Sequence record: PQ356295.1
Source: Escherichia phage KKE7M
DNA: 64,000 bases
Strand: one strand, 5' to 3'
Part shown: piece by piece, positions 35,723-46,032 of the stretch
Numbering within the stretch: position 1 is the first letter of the stretch
How the letters are laid out: each line of letters opens with the position of its first letter
Notes under the pieces: model-generated
The model's database searches: none
Seen by the model: only the letters and a program-made list of their open reading frames with translations
Told to the model about the DNA's origin: nothing
Translations under genes and position numbers: made by a program

Positions 35723-36841
35723 ATTAGCGGTTACATTTTAATCCAACCGGAAGACCTGCACAAATATGTTGACGAGAACACAATTCTTGCAATAGACTAC
35801 GATCAAGTGGCGTTCCAAGCGTCTTCAGCTTTAGAGCAAAGAAAAATCCACGCTGTACATAAGGCTTCCGGTAATGTAAAAGAGTTTGAAACAAGAACAG
35901 ATTTTTGGGGTAAGTCTTCAAAAAATATTGGAGGATGGTTAGGAGCACTTAACGCGCAACGCGAAGCTGCTGGTAAGAAGTTGTTCTCTAGAGAAGATTT
36001 TGAAATAAAAGATGTTCAAATAGTTCCAGATAATATTTCTTTTACGTTTCAAGCTGCAAAGACAAAAATAACCCAGATGATGGATCACCTAAAACTTCAA
36101 AAGTATTGCGGTGTCATCGGGGTAGGAAAAACCTTCCGGCATTCTTTCAAAATGCCAAAAGAATATAAATCAGAACGATCAGATTTAAGACCAATCCATT
36201 TATCAGATACTAAAGATTATCTAGTTGAAAAACATAACGGTGACGTTGTTACTGGTATTGAGGCAGATGATGCTTTAGAAATCTATGGGTATGCAGGGTA
36301 TAAAGCCTACAAGGAAACTGGTAAGTTTTCTCATATTGTAGCGTCTATCGACAAAGATAGCTTGCACACACCAAGTTTACTCTTTAACTTTTATAAAGAG
36401 GATGGTGTTTATAAAAATCCTTGTATTATTCTGATTGATGAATCTATCGGCGATATCTGGATCGTAGAAAAAGGTAAGAAAAAAGAAATTAAGGGCTGGG
36501 GTAGTTACTGGTTAGCTTATCAAATGCTAATGGGCGATAAGACAGATAGTATTCGACCTTACCAAGATTTCGATGTTAAGTTTGGAGATATTACTTGCTT
36601 TAATCTTATTTCCAAATGTAAAACACAGGCTGAACTTTTTCAGACAGTTAAAGATCAGTATTATGAATGGTTCCCAGATGGCGTTAAATTTACTTCTTGG
36701 GATGGTGAAGAAGTAGAGATGACAACTGACGAATGGATAGAGACAATTTTTCAGTTGGTATATATGAAACGTTGGGCGAATGATGAAACAACTTTTGAAA
36801 GTATGCTACAAGCATATATTTCAGAGCAGGAGGAACATTGA
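35723..36841 (+). CDS. 5'-3' exonuclease / flap endonuclease (RNase H-like)
   Basis: GIEADDALE and LMGDKTDSIRPY helix-3-turn-helix motifs; FEN-like N-terminus LAIDYDQVAFQAS lies upstream of the GTG at 35807 and is reachable only from an ATT codon at 35723 after AGGAGG. Confidence 0.5.
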   Translation: MSGYILIQPEDLHKYVDENTILAIDYDQVAFQASSALEQRKIHAVHKASGNVKEFETRTDFWGKSSKNIGGWLGALNAQREAAGKKLFSREDFEIKDVQIVPDNISFTFQAAKTKITQMMDHLKLQKYCGVIGVGKTFRHSFKMPKEYKSERSDLRPIHLSDTKDYLVEKHNGDVVTGIEADDALEIYGYAGYKAYKETGKFSHIVASIDKDSLHTPSLLFNFYKEDGVYKNPCIILIDESIGDIWIVEKGKKKEIKGWGSYWLAYQMLMGDKTDSIRPYQDFDVKFGDITCFNLISKCKTQAELFQTVKDQYYEWFPDGVKFTSWDGEEVEMTTDEWIETIFQLVYMKRWANDETTFESMLQAYISEQEEH

Positions 36842-37800
36842 GTAAATTAACAGACGAACAGAAAGCCTTGATTGTATCTATGAAAGCACAAGGTTACTCT
36901 TCGCGTAAGATTGCACAAGAGGTGTTGGGAAGTTCTACTAAGAAGAGCACAGTAAATGATTACTTAGCTCGTGTAAATTCACCACATCGCGGTGCTCCGC
37001 AAGACAAAGGTGGGCCAGTAATTAAAATTATTGACGTAGAGACAGCACCGGAGATTGTGTATAGCTTCTCACGTTTCAAAGCCTTTATTTCACCTGAACA
37101 AGTTATTCGTCGAGGTTACTTGCTTTCCTATTCATCTGCTGACTTAGAAACAGGAGAAGTAGAAGGTAAGAACCTTAGCAATTACCCTCTGTTTGACATA
37201 GATCATACCGATGATTGGGAATTATGTCAAGATCTGTGGCACTTGCTTGACGATGCAGATATTGTGATCGCGCATAACGGTATTAAGTTTGATAAGGCTT
37301 ATATTAACCAACGTTTTGCTTTTCACGGTATGGAGCCACCATCACACTATGTTGTAATTGATACACTCAAGGCAGCTAAGAAGCAGTTTGCACTACCTTC
37401 TAATGCGCTTAAAGAAATGTGTTTGTATTTTGATACAGAAAACTTTAAACTTGACAATGAAGGTTTTCCTTTGTGGAAAGCATGTTGTGAAGGAGACAGA
37501 CACGCCTTCTTCCGTATGCAAACATACAACGATGGTGATGTTGTTTCTCTTAGAGATCTTTACATCAAACTTCGTGCGTGGATTCCACAACATCCTAACG
37601 TATCTGCATTCTATGACGATGAAAAACTTCGTTGTCCTCGTTGCGGTAAAGAGCACCTTGAAGTTGTTCCTGGTAAGGTTTACACAACAGCGGTTAGTAC
37701 ATTCCAAGTGCTAAGATGCACATCATGTAATAGCCTGTCTCGTGGACGTGTTAATTTGCGTAGCAAAGAGAAGCGTGTAAACACTGTTATTGGAATTTAA
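36838..37800 (+). CDS. DEDD-family 3'-5' exonuclease with N-terminal HTH and C-terminal zinc ribbon
   Basis: Exo motifs IDVETAP, HNGIKFD, YNDGD; CPRCG...CTSCN; TTG start overlapping upstream TGA. Confidence 0.6.
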   Translation: MSKLTDEQKALIVSMKAQGYSSRKIAQEVLGSSTKKSTVNDYLARVNSPHRGAPQDKGGPVIKIIDVETAPEIVYSFSRFKAFISPEQVIRRGYLLSYSSADLETGEVEGKNLSNYPLFDIDHTDDWELCQDLWHLLDDADIVIAHNGIKFDKAYINQRFAFHGMEPPSHYVVIDTLKAAKKQFALPSNALKEMCLYFDTENFKLDNEGFPLWKACCEGDRHAFFRMQTYNDGDVVSLRDLYIKLRAWIPQHPNVSAFYDDEKLRCPRCGKEHLEVVPGKVYTTAVSTFQVLRCTSCNSLSRGRVNLRSKEKRVNTVIGI

Positions 37801-37802
37801 TA

Positions 37803-37829
37803 AAAAGGGGCGGAAGCCCCTTTATTTTT
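37803..37829 (+). terminator. rho-independent terminator
   Basis: AAAGGGGC-GGAA-GCCCCTTT followed by ATTTTT. Confidence 0.6.
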
Positions 37830-37838
37830 GGAGGATTT

Positions 37839-38240
37839 ATGACTACAGCACTGGATATTCAAATTGATGGTGATCACTACAAACGTATGCGTATGCAACC
37901 TTTGGAACTTGCATATCTAATTGGTGCAACTCCTTGTTTCACTAAGTTAGCTAAGTATGCTTGTCGAAACAAAGGTGATCGTGTGATCAACCTAAACAAA
38001 GCGATTCACGTTATTCATATTGAAAAAGAATTGAGTGATAAGTATTACAATATGTTGTATGAAGCCTACCCTAATCTAAAAAACCCTGTAAAAATTGAGT
38101 TAGCTAATCAGCTAATTGATTTATACACAGACGATGATCTTGTTCGTAAGGCTTTAAAAGCAATGTATAAAGGTAAGTACATTGAAGCAGCAGATGCTAT
38201 TGAACAATTGAAGGAGAGTGTAGATGGCTTCTCACGGTAA
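37839..38240 (+). CDS. hypothetical protein
   Basis: 133 aa ORF with GGAGG RBS. Confidence 0.5.
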   Translation: MTTALDIQIDGDHYKRMRMQPLELAYLIGATPCFTKLAKYACRNKGDRVINLNKAIHVIHIEKELSDKYYNMLYEAYPNLKNPVKIELANQLIDLYTDDDLVRKALKAMYKGKYIEAADAIEQLKESVDGFSR

Positions 38241-38418
38241 ACAATACGGAGAGGGTGAAGTATATAAAATATACAATAAACGTGGAGATAAACTCCTATA
38301 TACAATCACAATCCCAGAAAACATGTGTAAGGCTGGTTTAGACCGTATGCTTTTCTTTAAGTATAACATTCCACCCGGAGATTATGTAGCTAAAAAGGTG
38401 AGCACTATTGGAAAATAA
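38224..38418 (+). CDS. hypothetical protein
   Basis: 64 aa ORF. Confidence 0.4.
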   Translation: MASHGKQYGEGEVYKIYNKRGDKLLYTITIPENMCKAGLDRMLFFKYNIPPGDYVAKKVSTIGK

Positions 38419-38983
38419 AGAACCTAAAGTTATTTGGGGAGATGGAACACCTTGGAAAACTCAAGCAGCCTTTTATACATATTTAAGGGGTTGCTTAAGG
38501 AAAGCATGGGTGAGACACCCGAATAAGATAAAAAAGATCCAATCTGTACGATTTAAAGCCGATAGGTTGGATAAAGATGGCAATGTAGTTTTAGATAAGA
38601 AAACAGGCAAACCGAAACAGGTTTGGAATTGTAAATGTGAATTGTGTGGACATACAGGAGGTATGAAAGACTTTCAAGTAGACCATATTAATGCAGCAGG
38701 TACATTAACCTGTTATGAAGATATCCCAAGTTTTGTTTTACGCCTATTGTATGTAACAGAAGACGACCTGCGTGTAGTTTGTAAGCAGTGTAACGCTATC
38801 CTGGCTTATGCTGACAAGCACGATATGACATTCAGGGAAGCAAAAGCGGAGAAAGAAGCGATAGCTTTATGCCAGTCTAAAAAGGATAAAAATTGGCTAA
38901 CGAAGCGCGGAATTTCACCAGAAAGTACAATAACTAAGCGAAGAAAACAGATAGTAAAAATTCTTCTTGACGAAGAGAAATAA
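38408..38983 (+). CDS. HNH endonuclease
   Basis: CKCELCGH...DFQVDHINAAG...CKQCNAIL HNH motif set. Confidence 0.65.
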   Translation: MENKEPKVIWGDGTPWKTQAAFYTYLRGCLRKAWVRHPNKIKKIQSVRFKADRLDKDGNVVLDKKTGKPKQVWNCKCELCGHTGGMKDFQVDHINAAGTLTCYEDIPSFVLRLLYVTEDDLRVVCKQCNAILAYADKHDMTFREAKAEKEAIALCQSKKDKNWLTKRGISPESTITKRRKQIVKILLDEEK

Positions 38984-39028
38984 TAAAGTATTATCGCTCC
39001 CACAAATGGGAGCGTTAGAGGAGAAAAT

Positions 39029-39592
39029 ATGGCTAAACTTTATTTCCGATATAGTCCAATGAACAGTGGTAAAAGCACACATCTGCTACAAACAGCTTGG
39101 AACTATAAAGAAAGAAATATGAAAGTTCTTCTTTTAACTTCAGCTTTAGATACCAGATCTGGTTGTGCTATTGCTTCTAGGATAGGTATTAAAGAGGAAG
39201 CAAAACCAGTTAAAACAAAAGAAGATATGCTGGAAATTTATACACAGCTTAAAGAAAATCCAGTAGATGCAGTATTTGTGGACGAATCACAATTCCTAAC
39301 TAAAGATATGGTTGACATTCTTGGAGATGTGGTAGATAATTACGATATTCCTGTATTCTGCTATGGACTTAAAACAGATTTTGCTACAGAATTGTTTGAA
39401 GGTTCTGAACGGCTATTAGCCATAGCAGATTCAATTACAGAATTGAAAAGCATTTGTAAATGTGGAAGAAAAGCTATTTTCAATGCTAGACTTATCGACT
39501 CTAAAGAACAGATTGTTATTGGGGGAGAAGACATTTACGAAACAATGTGTAGAAAATGTTATAACAGGAGAAATAATGCGTCTAGTATGTGA
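39029..39592 (+). CDS. tdk: thymidine kinase
   Basis: YSPMNSGKST P-loop, VDESQFL, C-terminal CxxC...CxxC zinc site; near-colinear with bacterial Tdk. Confidence 0.9.
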   Translation: MAKLYFRYSPMNSGKSTHLLQTAWNYKERNMKVLLLTSALDTRSGCAIASRIGIKEEAKPVKTKEDMLEIYTQLKENPVDAVFVDESQFLTKDMVDILGDVVDNYDIPVFCYGLKTDFATELFEGSERLLAIADSITELKSICKCGRKAIFNARLIDSKEQIVIGGEDIYETMCRKCYNRRNNASSM

Positions 39593-40166
39593 TTGGGATT
39601 TAGTAATAGCTCCTGCGGATATAGAATGGTTAAATTGGTTAAATGCGGTAAGTAGATCTAATATCAAATTTGATAAGACACATAAAACTGTGCATTATGA
39701 TATTACGAAATATTTCCCTGATTTTAAAAAGCAATTTGGTGTAGATCCTTACTCTTTTTGGGATAACCAACATCTATATGATACTATGGGCGTAGTACCT
39801 AATAGTACAGATGTTGTTCATCGTATAATTGCAAATGGAGCTAATATATCTATAGCAAGCCACACTAAGGGTGGACACCTTAGTTCTAAATATAGACACG
39901 TAACACGGTCTTTAGATAAAGTGGATTTTAGTAGAACATCTGGTAATGGTTTTTTCGCAACAAAAGAAAAATACTTATTACCTTGCGACGTAACTATTGA
40001 TGATAGGGCTGAAAATCTTGTCCTATTTCCAGATGAAACGTTGAAAATATATTTCAACACTATTTACGAAGATCCGTACTTGGAAGAGTTAAAGAAACTT
40101 CCTAATGTAATTATCACTGGTTTAGATAATCAGTGGGAAGAAATTGAAAGTATTTTACTACCTTAA
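39576..40166 (+). CDS. 5'(3')-deoxyribonucleotidase-like HAD hydrolase (candidate)
   Basis: ORF 39462..40166 in track; likely ATG 39576 with AGGAGAAATA RBS; N-terminal DWD motif. Confidence 0.35.
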   Translation: MRLVCDWDLVIAPADIEWLNWLNAVSRSNIKFDKTHKTVHYDITKYFPDFKKQFGVDPYSFWDNQHLYDTMGVVPNSTDVVHRIIANGANISIASHTKGGHLSSKYRHVTRSLDKVDFSRTSGNGFFATKEKYLLPCDVTIDDRAENLVLFPDETLKIYFNTIYEDPYLEELKKLPNVIITGLDNQWEEIESILLP

Positions 40167-40175
40167 GGAGAAATA

Positions 40176-41147
40176 ATGGCAGATTCTATTTCAGCAAAAA
40201 TTATTGCACACTCTCAAACATCTGAAGGTAAGGATATTGTTACCTTTGAACTTGAATATCCTCGAATCATTCACTCTGAATTGATGACGCATCGTTTGTT
40301 TTCTCGTAATGCTGCATCAAGTCGAGCTATCCCTGTTAAAACTCTAATTGAAATGGTACGGCAATCTCCAGCACGTCCTTATCGTTTTGGTGCTAACCAA
40401 CCAGGTATGCAAGATAAAGGCACAGATCACGATGCCCTAATTGATGCAGGTTACACTGCAAAAGAATGGTGGGACTTGGCTGCACTAAGTGCTGCACGTT
40501 TTGCAGAAGAGTTTGCCCTTGCTGGTTATCATAAACAGGTTGCAAACCGATTACTAGAACCATTCCAGCGTATGAAGACTGTAGTAACCACTACAGAGTT
40601 AGAAAACTTCTTGTGGTTGCGCGTAGATGCTGATGCAGATCCTACTATTGAGGCTCTTGCTAAAGAAATTAAAAAACTGTATGAATCTTCTGAACCATAT
40701 CTTCTTTTCCCAGGGGAGTGGCATACACCTTACGTTAATCGTGATCGAGATCCAGAAACTGGTATGATCCGTTATTTCTTGGGTGAAACCTTCTCCAACG
40801 AGAAAATGTTGACAGAAGACGAAGCAAAAGCTATTTCAGCTTCTTGTTGCGCTCAGGTAAGTTATCGTAAGTTGAATGATACTAAAGATAAAGCATTGGA
40901 TATCTATTCTCGTTTGCTGTCTGGACAAAAGGTACATGCATCTCCGTTTGAACACCAGGCAACGCCAATGAAAGAAATGGATTTGTCAGGATTAAAACAA
41001 CAGAAAGGTGGTATTAATATTCCTCCGTTCCCTTCCTCTTGGGAAGAAGGTATTACACATATGGATCGTAAACATCGTTTGTGGAGTGGAAACTTCTGCG
41101 GTTGGATTCAACATCGTCAACTTTTGACTAACCATACAAAATGGTGA
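40176..41147 (+). CDS. thyX: flavin-dependent thymidylate synthase
   Basis: ThyX signature HRLFSRNAASSRA (RHR...SxR). Confidence 0.85.
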   Translation: MADSISAKIIAHSQTSEGKDIVTFELEYPRIIHSELMTHRLFSRNAASSRAIPVKTLIEMVRQSPARPYRFGANQPGMQDKGTDHDALIDAGYTAKEWWDLAALSAARFAEEFALAGYHKQVANRLLEPFQRMKTVVTTTELENFLWLRVDADADPTIEALAKEIKKLYESSEPYLLFPGEWHTPYVNRDRDPETGMIRYFLGETFSNEKMLTEDEAKAISASCCAQVSYRKLNDTKDKALDIYSRLLSGQKVHASPFEHQATPMKEMDLSGLKQQKGGINIPPFPSSWEEGITHMDRKHRLWSGNFCGWIQHRQLLTNHTKW

Positions 41148-41164
41148 TCAACTTAAAATTATAG

Positions 41165-41193
41165 TTGACTTTTAATTGAGATTCGTGTAGTAT
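41165..41193 (+). promoter_or_regulatory. promoter candidate (TTGACT N17 TAGTAT) followed by 8 bp hairpin
   Basis: TTGACT 41165-41170, TAGTAT 41188-41193; hairpin AGGAGAGC-TAT-GCTCTCCT 41205-41223. Confidence 0.4.
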
Positions 41194-41244
41194 AGGCTAA
41201 CGTTAGGAGAGCTATGCTCTCCTTAAAAGAGAGAAGGAGAATTT

Positions 41245-41655
41245 ATGTCACTAATTAATACAACCATTTGGGCGACCGTAAGTATGTCTACCATTAAGGC
41301 TACACCGATCTGGAAAGAAATGGCTAAAAAGCACGGAGGAAAAATTCCTCACGAATATCATAACACTACATTGCGAGCAGCATTAGTAATGCTTGGTATG
41401 TCTACCGATGGACATTATACAGTAGAACGTGGTGTTAATATTCGTAGTAACAACAATCGACGTGTGGTGTTTGCAAATACTACATTGTATACTTTCCCAG
41501 TTCGACAGGACTATAAATATAAGCGAATCTATCAAGGTGTAGATATTTTGCACTTTGGAGAAGAAGATTTTACAGGTTGGGGTAGCTCTCATATCAAAAT
41601 GGAAGACTTCGGAAATGAACATGATCCATCACGAGATGATGATTCTGAATTCTAA
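41245..41655 (+). CDS. hypothetical protein
   Basis: 136 aa ORF with GAAGGAGAA RBS. Confidence 0.5.
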   Translation: MSLINTTIWATVSMSTIKATPIWKEMAKKHGGKIPHEYHNTTLRAALVMLGMSTDGHYTVERGVNIRSNNNRRVVFANTTLYTFPVRQDYKYKRIYQGVDILHFGEEDFTGWGSSHIKMEDFGNEHDPSRDDDSEF

Positions 41656-41916
41656 TTGAGAGGCCAAATGACAGAAAGTAATAAATATGAAGGCTGTGAA
41701 ATTGAAGTCTATTTTGATGAAACATTAGGTTGCAATGTAACAGTTATCCTTGATACATCTAAAAGATTATCCCCAAAAAGACAAGAAGCAGACCGCAAAG
41801 CAAAGGCAAAAGGTTTTGAAGGTATAGATCATTTTGAAGGTTTTCTATACGCAAATGGCTTATATAATGAGATGCGTGGCGGTTATGATGTAGATGTTCT
41901 AAACATGCACAATTAA
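41656..41916 (+). CDS. hypothetical protein
   Basis: 86 aa ORF. Confidence 0.45.
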   Translation: MRGQMTESNKYEGCEIEVYFDETLGCNVTVILDTSKRLSPKRQEADRKAKAKGFEGIDHFEGFLYANGLYNEMRGGYDVDVLNMHN

Positions 41917-41927
41917 TAGGAGAGGAA

Positions 41928-44189
41928 GTGACTCAGTATCTAAGCAAATCTATCCGTTATGTAACAAAAACAAACGGCAAGAAAGAAGAATTTAATCCAG
42001 AAAAACTTCGTAAATGGTCAGAGTTTGCTGCTGGTAAATTAAATTGGTCTGAAATTGAACTCGAAGCTGTTAAACGTTGTTACGACGGTGTGCCTACTCG
42101 TGATTTACATAAAGCTATGATAGCAGCATGTATTGATAAGAAAGATCAGGCATATAGTGATATGGCAGGTCGGTTACTTCTTGGTATGATTTATAAACAG
42201 GCTCATGGGGGATATCATAATATCCCCTCCCTCCTGGATTTCTACAATATGTCTGTAAGTAAAGGCTATTGGGGAAAAATGGATTATACAGAAGAAGAAA
42301 TTATTGAGATTGGTAAAATTGTCGATCACGATAAAAACCTAACTTATGGTTATTCCGTACTGCGCCAGATGGTTGATAAGTATCTTGTGAAAGATGCGAT
42401 CAATGATGTTGTTTTTGAATCACCACAGTTTTTATTCATTGGTGTAGCAATGAAGGTAATGGAAATTCAACCAAAAGATCGCAGAGTAGAAGACATTAAA
42501 CGTCTATATACCTACGTAAGTGATCTCAAGATTAATTTACCATCGCCTTATTTAACAACTTTGCGTACTAAGATTAAAGGTAGTGCTTCTTGTTGTCTGT
42601 TTAGAGCAGATGATACAGCAGAATCTTTAGCAATTGCTAACTATCTTGCGCATGAATATACATTGAATAATGCAGGTATTGGTGTTAACCTCCAAACCCG
42701 TGCTACAGGACAAGGTGTTAAGAACAACCGTATCGTTCACGGTGGTCTTTTACCATACCTGAAATGGATGGAGACAAGTGTTGGAGCATCAAAACAAGCA
42801 AGTCGTGGTGGAAGTGCAACAGTAACGTTTACAATATTAGAACCTGATTTTGAAGATCTGGTACGTTTGAAAAACCCAACTACTGTTAGTGAAAAACGAG
42901 TAGATAAACTTGATTACTCTATCGTAGTAAACAATGCTTTCCTGCGTCGTGCAGCAAAAGGTAAAGATTGGATGCTAGTCAGTTATGACGAAGCACCAGA
43001 ACTCTATGAGGCGCTTTATAAAAGCGAGGAAGAGTTTGAAGAAGTATATGAAAAAGTTAGTCGCAAACGAATTAAGAAGAAGTTTGTAAAAGCACGAGAT
43101 CTTCTGGCAGAAATTATTACACAAAGAGCAGAGACAGGACGTATTTATATGTTCTTTGCGGATAATGCTAATAAGCATACTCCGTTTAAGGATGTTATTT
43201 ACCAGTCAAACTTGTGCCAAGAAATTTTCTTACCTACGAAAGCATTTCACAATATGACTGATCTTTTCACAGGTGAGAATACAGAAGATCAAGAATTGGC
43301 ATTATGCTTCCTGTCTTCTATTGTAGCTGGTCGTGTTACACCAGAAGAATATGAAGATGTTGCATATTATACCGTTCTGACTATTGATAATGTTATTGAA
43401 ACAATGCAGTATCCGTTTAAACATAACGAAATCACTGCTAAAGCACGTAGGTCTATCGGTGTAGGTATTACAAACCTTGCACATTATCTGGCAAGTAATT
43501 TTGTTACTTATTCAGATCCTTACGGCAAAAAACTAATTCATGAATTAGCAGAAAGACATTATTATTGGTTAGCAAGAGCTTCTCTTCGTTTGGCAAAAGA
43601 GAAAGGTAATGCAGAATGGATGCATAAAACCAAATGGCCTGGAGGATGGTTGCCTATTGACACCTACGCTAAAGCTGTAGACGATATTGGCAATTTTAAA
43701 CTTAAAATGGATTGGGAAGGTTTACGACAAGATATCATTGCACAGGGCGGTATCCGAAATAGTGTATTAGCAGCTATTGCTCCAAATGAGTCCAGTAGTC
43801 TTGTAAGTAATACGACTAACTCTGTGTATCCTGTACGTGATACTATAGTTTATAAACAAAGCCAAAAGGGTAATGTTCTGTTTATTGTGCCAGACTACGA
43901 TAAACTAAAAGATATTTACCAATCGGCTTGGGATACACCAGATAAAGATATGGCTGAAGCATATGGACTGTTGACTAAATTCTTAGATCAAGGTGCATCA
44001 TGTGATAAGTGGATTGACTATTCTAAGATGGAAGGTGGTCGTTTATCCATTAAATCAGAAATGCAATATATTCTTCAGTTTGCAAAACTTGGTGGTAAAT
44101 CTTTGTACTATCTAAATAGCAGAACAAAATCGGCAACCTCACTCGCTCAAGAGGATGAAGAATCCGGTTGTGAGGCTTGTAAGATGTAA
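41928..44189 (+). CDS. nrdA: ribonucleoside-diphosphate reductase alpha subunit (class I)
   Basis: 753 aa; SNLCQEIFLPT active-site region; GTG start after AGGAGAGGAA. Confidence 0.9.
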   Translation: MTQYLSKSIRYVTKTNGKKEEFNPEKLRKWSEFAAGKLNWSEIELEAVKRCYDGVPTRDLHKAMIAACIDKKDQAYSDMAGRLLLGMIYKQAHGGYHNIPSLLDFYNMSVSKGYWGKMDYTEEEIIEIGKIVDHDKNLTYGYSVLRQMVDKYLVKDAINDVVFESPQFLFIGVAMKVMEIQPKDRRVEDIKRLYTYVSDLKINLPSPYLTTLRTKIKGSASCCLFRADDTAESLAIANYLAHEYTLNNAGIGVNLQTRATGQGVKNNRIVHGGLLPYLKWMETSVGASKQASRGGSATVTFTILEPDFEDLVRLKNPTTVSEKRVDKLDYSIVVNNAFLRRAAKGKDWMLVSYDEAPELYEALYKSEEEFEEVYEKVSRKRIKKKFVKARDLLAEIITQRAETGRIYMFFADNANKHTPFKDVIYQSNLCQEIFLPTKAFHNMTDLFTGENTEDQELALCFLSSIVAGRVTPEEYEDVAYYTVLTIDNVIETMQYPFKHNEITAKARRSIGVGITNLAHYLASNFVTYSDPYGKKLIHELAERHYYWLARASLRLAKEKGNAEWMHKTKWPGGWLPIDTYAKAVDDIGNFKLKMDWEGLRQDIIAQGGIRNSVLAAIAPNESSSLVSNTTNSVYPVRDTIVYKQSQKGNVLFIVPDYDKLKDIYQSAWDTPDKDMAEAYGLLTKFLDQGASCDKWIDYSKMEGGRLSIKSEMQYILQFAKLGGKSLYYLNSRTKSATSLAQEDEESGCEACKM

Positions 44190-44196
44190 TGAAACT

Positions 44197-44217
44197 AGGG
44201 GGCTTTGTCCCCCTTTC
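44197..44217 (+). terminator. hairpin AGGGGG-CTTTGT-CCCCCT with T-run
   Basis: follows the nrdA stop. Confidence 0.4.
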
Positions 44218-44229
44218 TTAAGGAGGAAT

Positions 44230-44565
44230 ATGCCTACATTAGTTGTATTACCTGGGGCAACACCACAAAGACGCTGGGGAAATTATACACTGGTAGATAG
44301 TAAAGATTTTACATTCGATTGGTGTTGTCATTATATTGCAGGTTTTCAATTTTCCAGTGTTGAAATATGGGCTTCCAATGATCCCATAGCTACCTGGTAT
44401 GCTTTAACCAGAGCAAGGTATGAGGGAGAGGTTACTATATTACTCACAAAGAGTGTATGGGACGCATTAGAGAAGGCTTACCTAGAGGATGGTATGGAGA
44501 GAGAACACATTGATACAATAAAAGCAATGTGTGATATTGTGGAGGATTTAAATGGCAGCAATTAA
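44230..44565 (+). CDS. hypothetical protein between nrdA and nrdB
   Basis: ORF 44155..44565 in track; likely ATG 44230 with AAGGAGGAAT RBS. Confidence 0.45.
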   Translation: MPTLVVLPGATPQRRWGNYTLVDSKDFTFDWCCHYIAGFQFSSVEIWASNDPIATWYALTRARYEGEVTILLTKSVWDALEKAYLEDGMEREHIDTIKAMCDIVEDLNGSN

Positions 44566-45637
44566 CTTATACAACGACACTTACAAAGAAGGTTTCTACC
44601 CTGTATTTTTGGGAGAACAGTTAGGTATTTTTGATTCTATTAATGTAACATACCCAGAAATGCATCGTCTGTACAAACTACAAAAACAGCAAGATTGGGA
44701 TGAAAACGAAGTAAACTTAGATCAGACACGAAAAGATTTCGTAGCTTGTTCTAAAAGCAACTATGATGTTATGATCAAAAACCTATCCTTCCAATGGGAA
44801 AATGATTCACTTGCTAAATCAATCATCACTTTGTTTGCACCATTTTTAAGCAACAATGAAGCATGTGCAATGATGATGAAGCAATCAGAAATGGAAGTTT
44901 TACACGCTTTGACATATTCTGAAATTATTCGTCAGTGTATCCCTAATCCAAATGAAGTTATCGATCAGATTATGGAGAACGAAAGAATCTTCCAGAGGAT
45001 GGGTATAGTTGAAGAGATAATGAGTGATCTGGCAGAGGCAGGACATAAATATGCTCTAGGTCTGATTGAGAAGGATGATAACCTTCGTCTACTGATTCTG
45101 AAAGGAATGATTGCACTTATCGGTCTGGAAGGCATTCAATTCATATCATCTTTTGCTGCAACATTTGCCTTAGCAGAGCAGCAACTGTTTGTAGGTGCAG
45201 CTAAACTCATTCAAAAAATTATGTTGGATGAACTATTGCACGTTAAAATGGATTATGCTATTATTGATGCACTGCTGAAAGATCCTGTCTGGAGAAAAGT
45301 ATACGAAGATAATATCGACGTTCTGACAGAAATTCTTGACACGGTAGTTGGACAAGAGGAAGATTGGTGTGACTATCTGTTTAGTGAAGGAAGGATTATC
45401 GTTGGTGGTAACGCAGAGTTGTTCAAACTTTGGGTTTACTTCAATGCTGCGCCTATCTATCGCAGACTGAAAATGAAACACAAATTCCGTGCACCGAAGA
45501 AAAGTCCACTACCTTGGATGGATGTTTGGTTAAATCCAGACCAAATTCAAGCAGCAGCACAAGAGATCCAAATTACAGCTTACAAACTGAATTCAGCAAA
45601 TAAAGATGTAAGTGATGACGAGGAGTTAGACTTCTAA
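44552..45637 (+). CDS. nrdB: ribonucleoside-diphosphate reductase beta subunit
   Basis: 361 aa ferritin-like protein with paired Glu/His iron-ligand helices; downstream of nrdA. Confidence 0.85.
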   Translation: MAAINLYNDTYKEGFYPVFLGEQLGIFDSINVTYPEMHRLYKLQKQQDWDENEVNLDQTRKDFVACSKSNYDVMIKNLSFQWENDSLAKSIITLFAPFLSNNEACAMMMKQSEMEVLHALTYSEIIRQCIPNPNEVIDQIMENERIFQRMGIVEEIMSDLAEAGHKYALGLIEKDDNLRLLILKGMIALIGLEGIQFISSFAATFALAEQQLFVGAAKLIQKIMLDELLHVKMDYAIIDALLKDPVWRKVYEDNIDVLTEILDTVVGQEEDWCDYLFSEGRIIVGGNAELFKLWVYFNAAPIYRRLKMKHKFRAPKKSPLPWMDVWLNPDQIQAAAQEIQITAYKLNSANKDVSDDEELDF

Positions 45638-45855
45638 TGAAACTACTTTGTGTTGGATTAATTTCTGACTTCAAAGACGTTTTCGAAAAGGGAGCCTCTT
45701 ATGAGGCTTCCGAATTACAGAATGGTTTCTGTGATGTTTACGGCAAACGTTTAAAAAAGAATGGTGATCATTGGCTAGGAGTTATGTCTTGCGGTCATAT
45801 TATAGTTAATGGTGTAGCCAAGTTTGAAATTATCAAAGGAGAAAAAGATGATTGA
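45637..45855 (+). CDS. hypothetical protein
   Basis: 72 aa ORF, ATGA-type overlap with nrdB. Confidence 0.4.
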   Translation: MKLLCVGLISDFKDVFEKGASYEASELQNGFCDVYGKRLKKNGDHWLGVMSCGHIIVNGVAKFEIIKGEKDD

Positions 45856-46030
45856 TTTTGTTGATGTAGATATTAATTCTGACTTAACAGAAGATGAAGG
45901 TGGTGCTTTTGTGTGTTCAGATGGAGAGAAATGTTTTACTCTGATGGTAGAAACTTATGATGGTATCACAGAAATTCTGTTAACAGAGAATGAGTTAAAA
46001 CAGATGTTAGAAAAGATTGAGGAGCTTTAA
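45824..46030 (+). CDS. hypothetical acidic protein
   Basis: 68 aa ORF. Confidence 0.4.
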   Translation: MKLSKEKKMIDFVDVDINSDLTEDEGGAFVCSDGEKCFTLMVETYDGITEILLTENELKQMLEKIEEL

Positions 46031-46032
46031 TA

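Noticed and set aside
37347-37714. ORFs 37347..37529 (-), 37358..37714 (+) and 37393..37707 (-) within the exonuclease gene
   Set aside because: Overlap a motif-supported CDS in other frames; no RBS.
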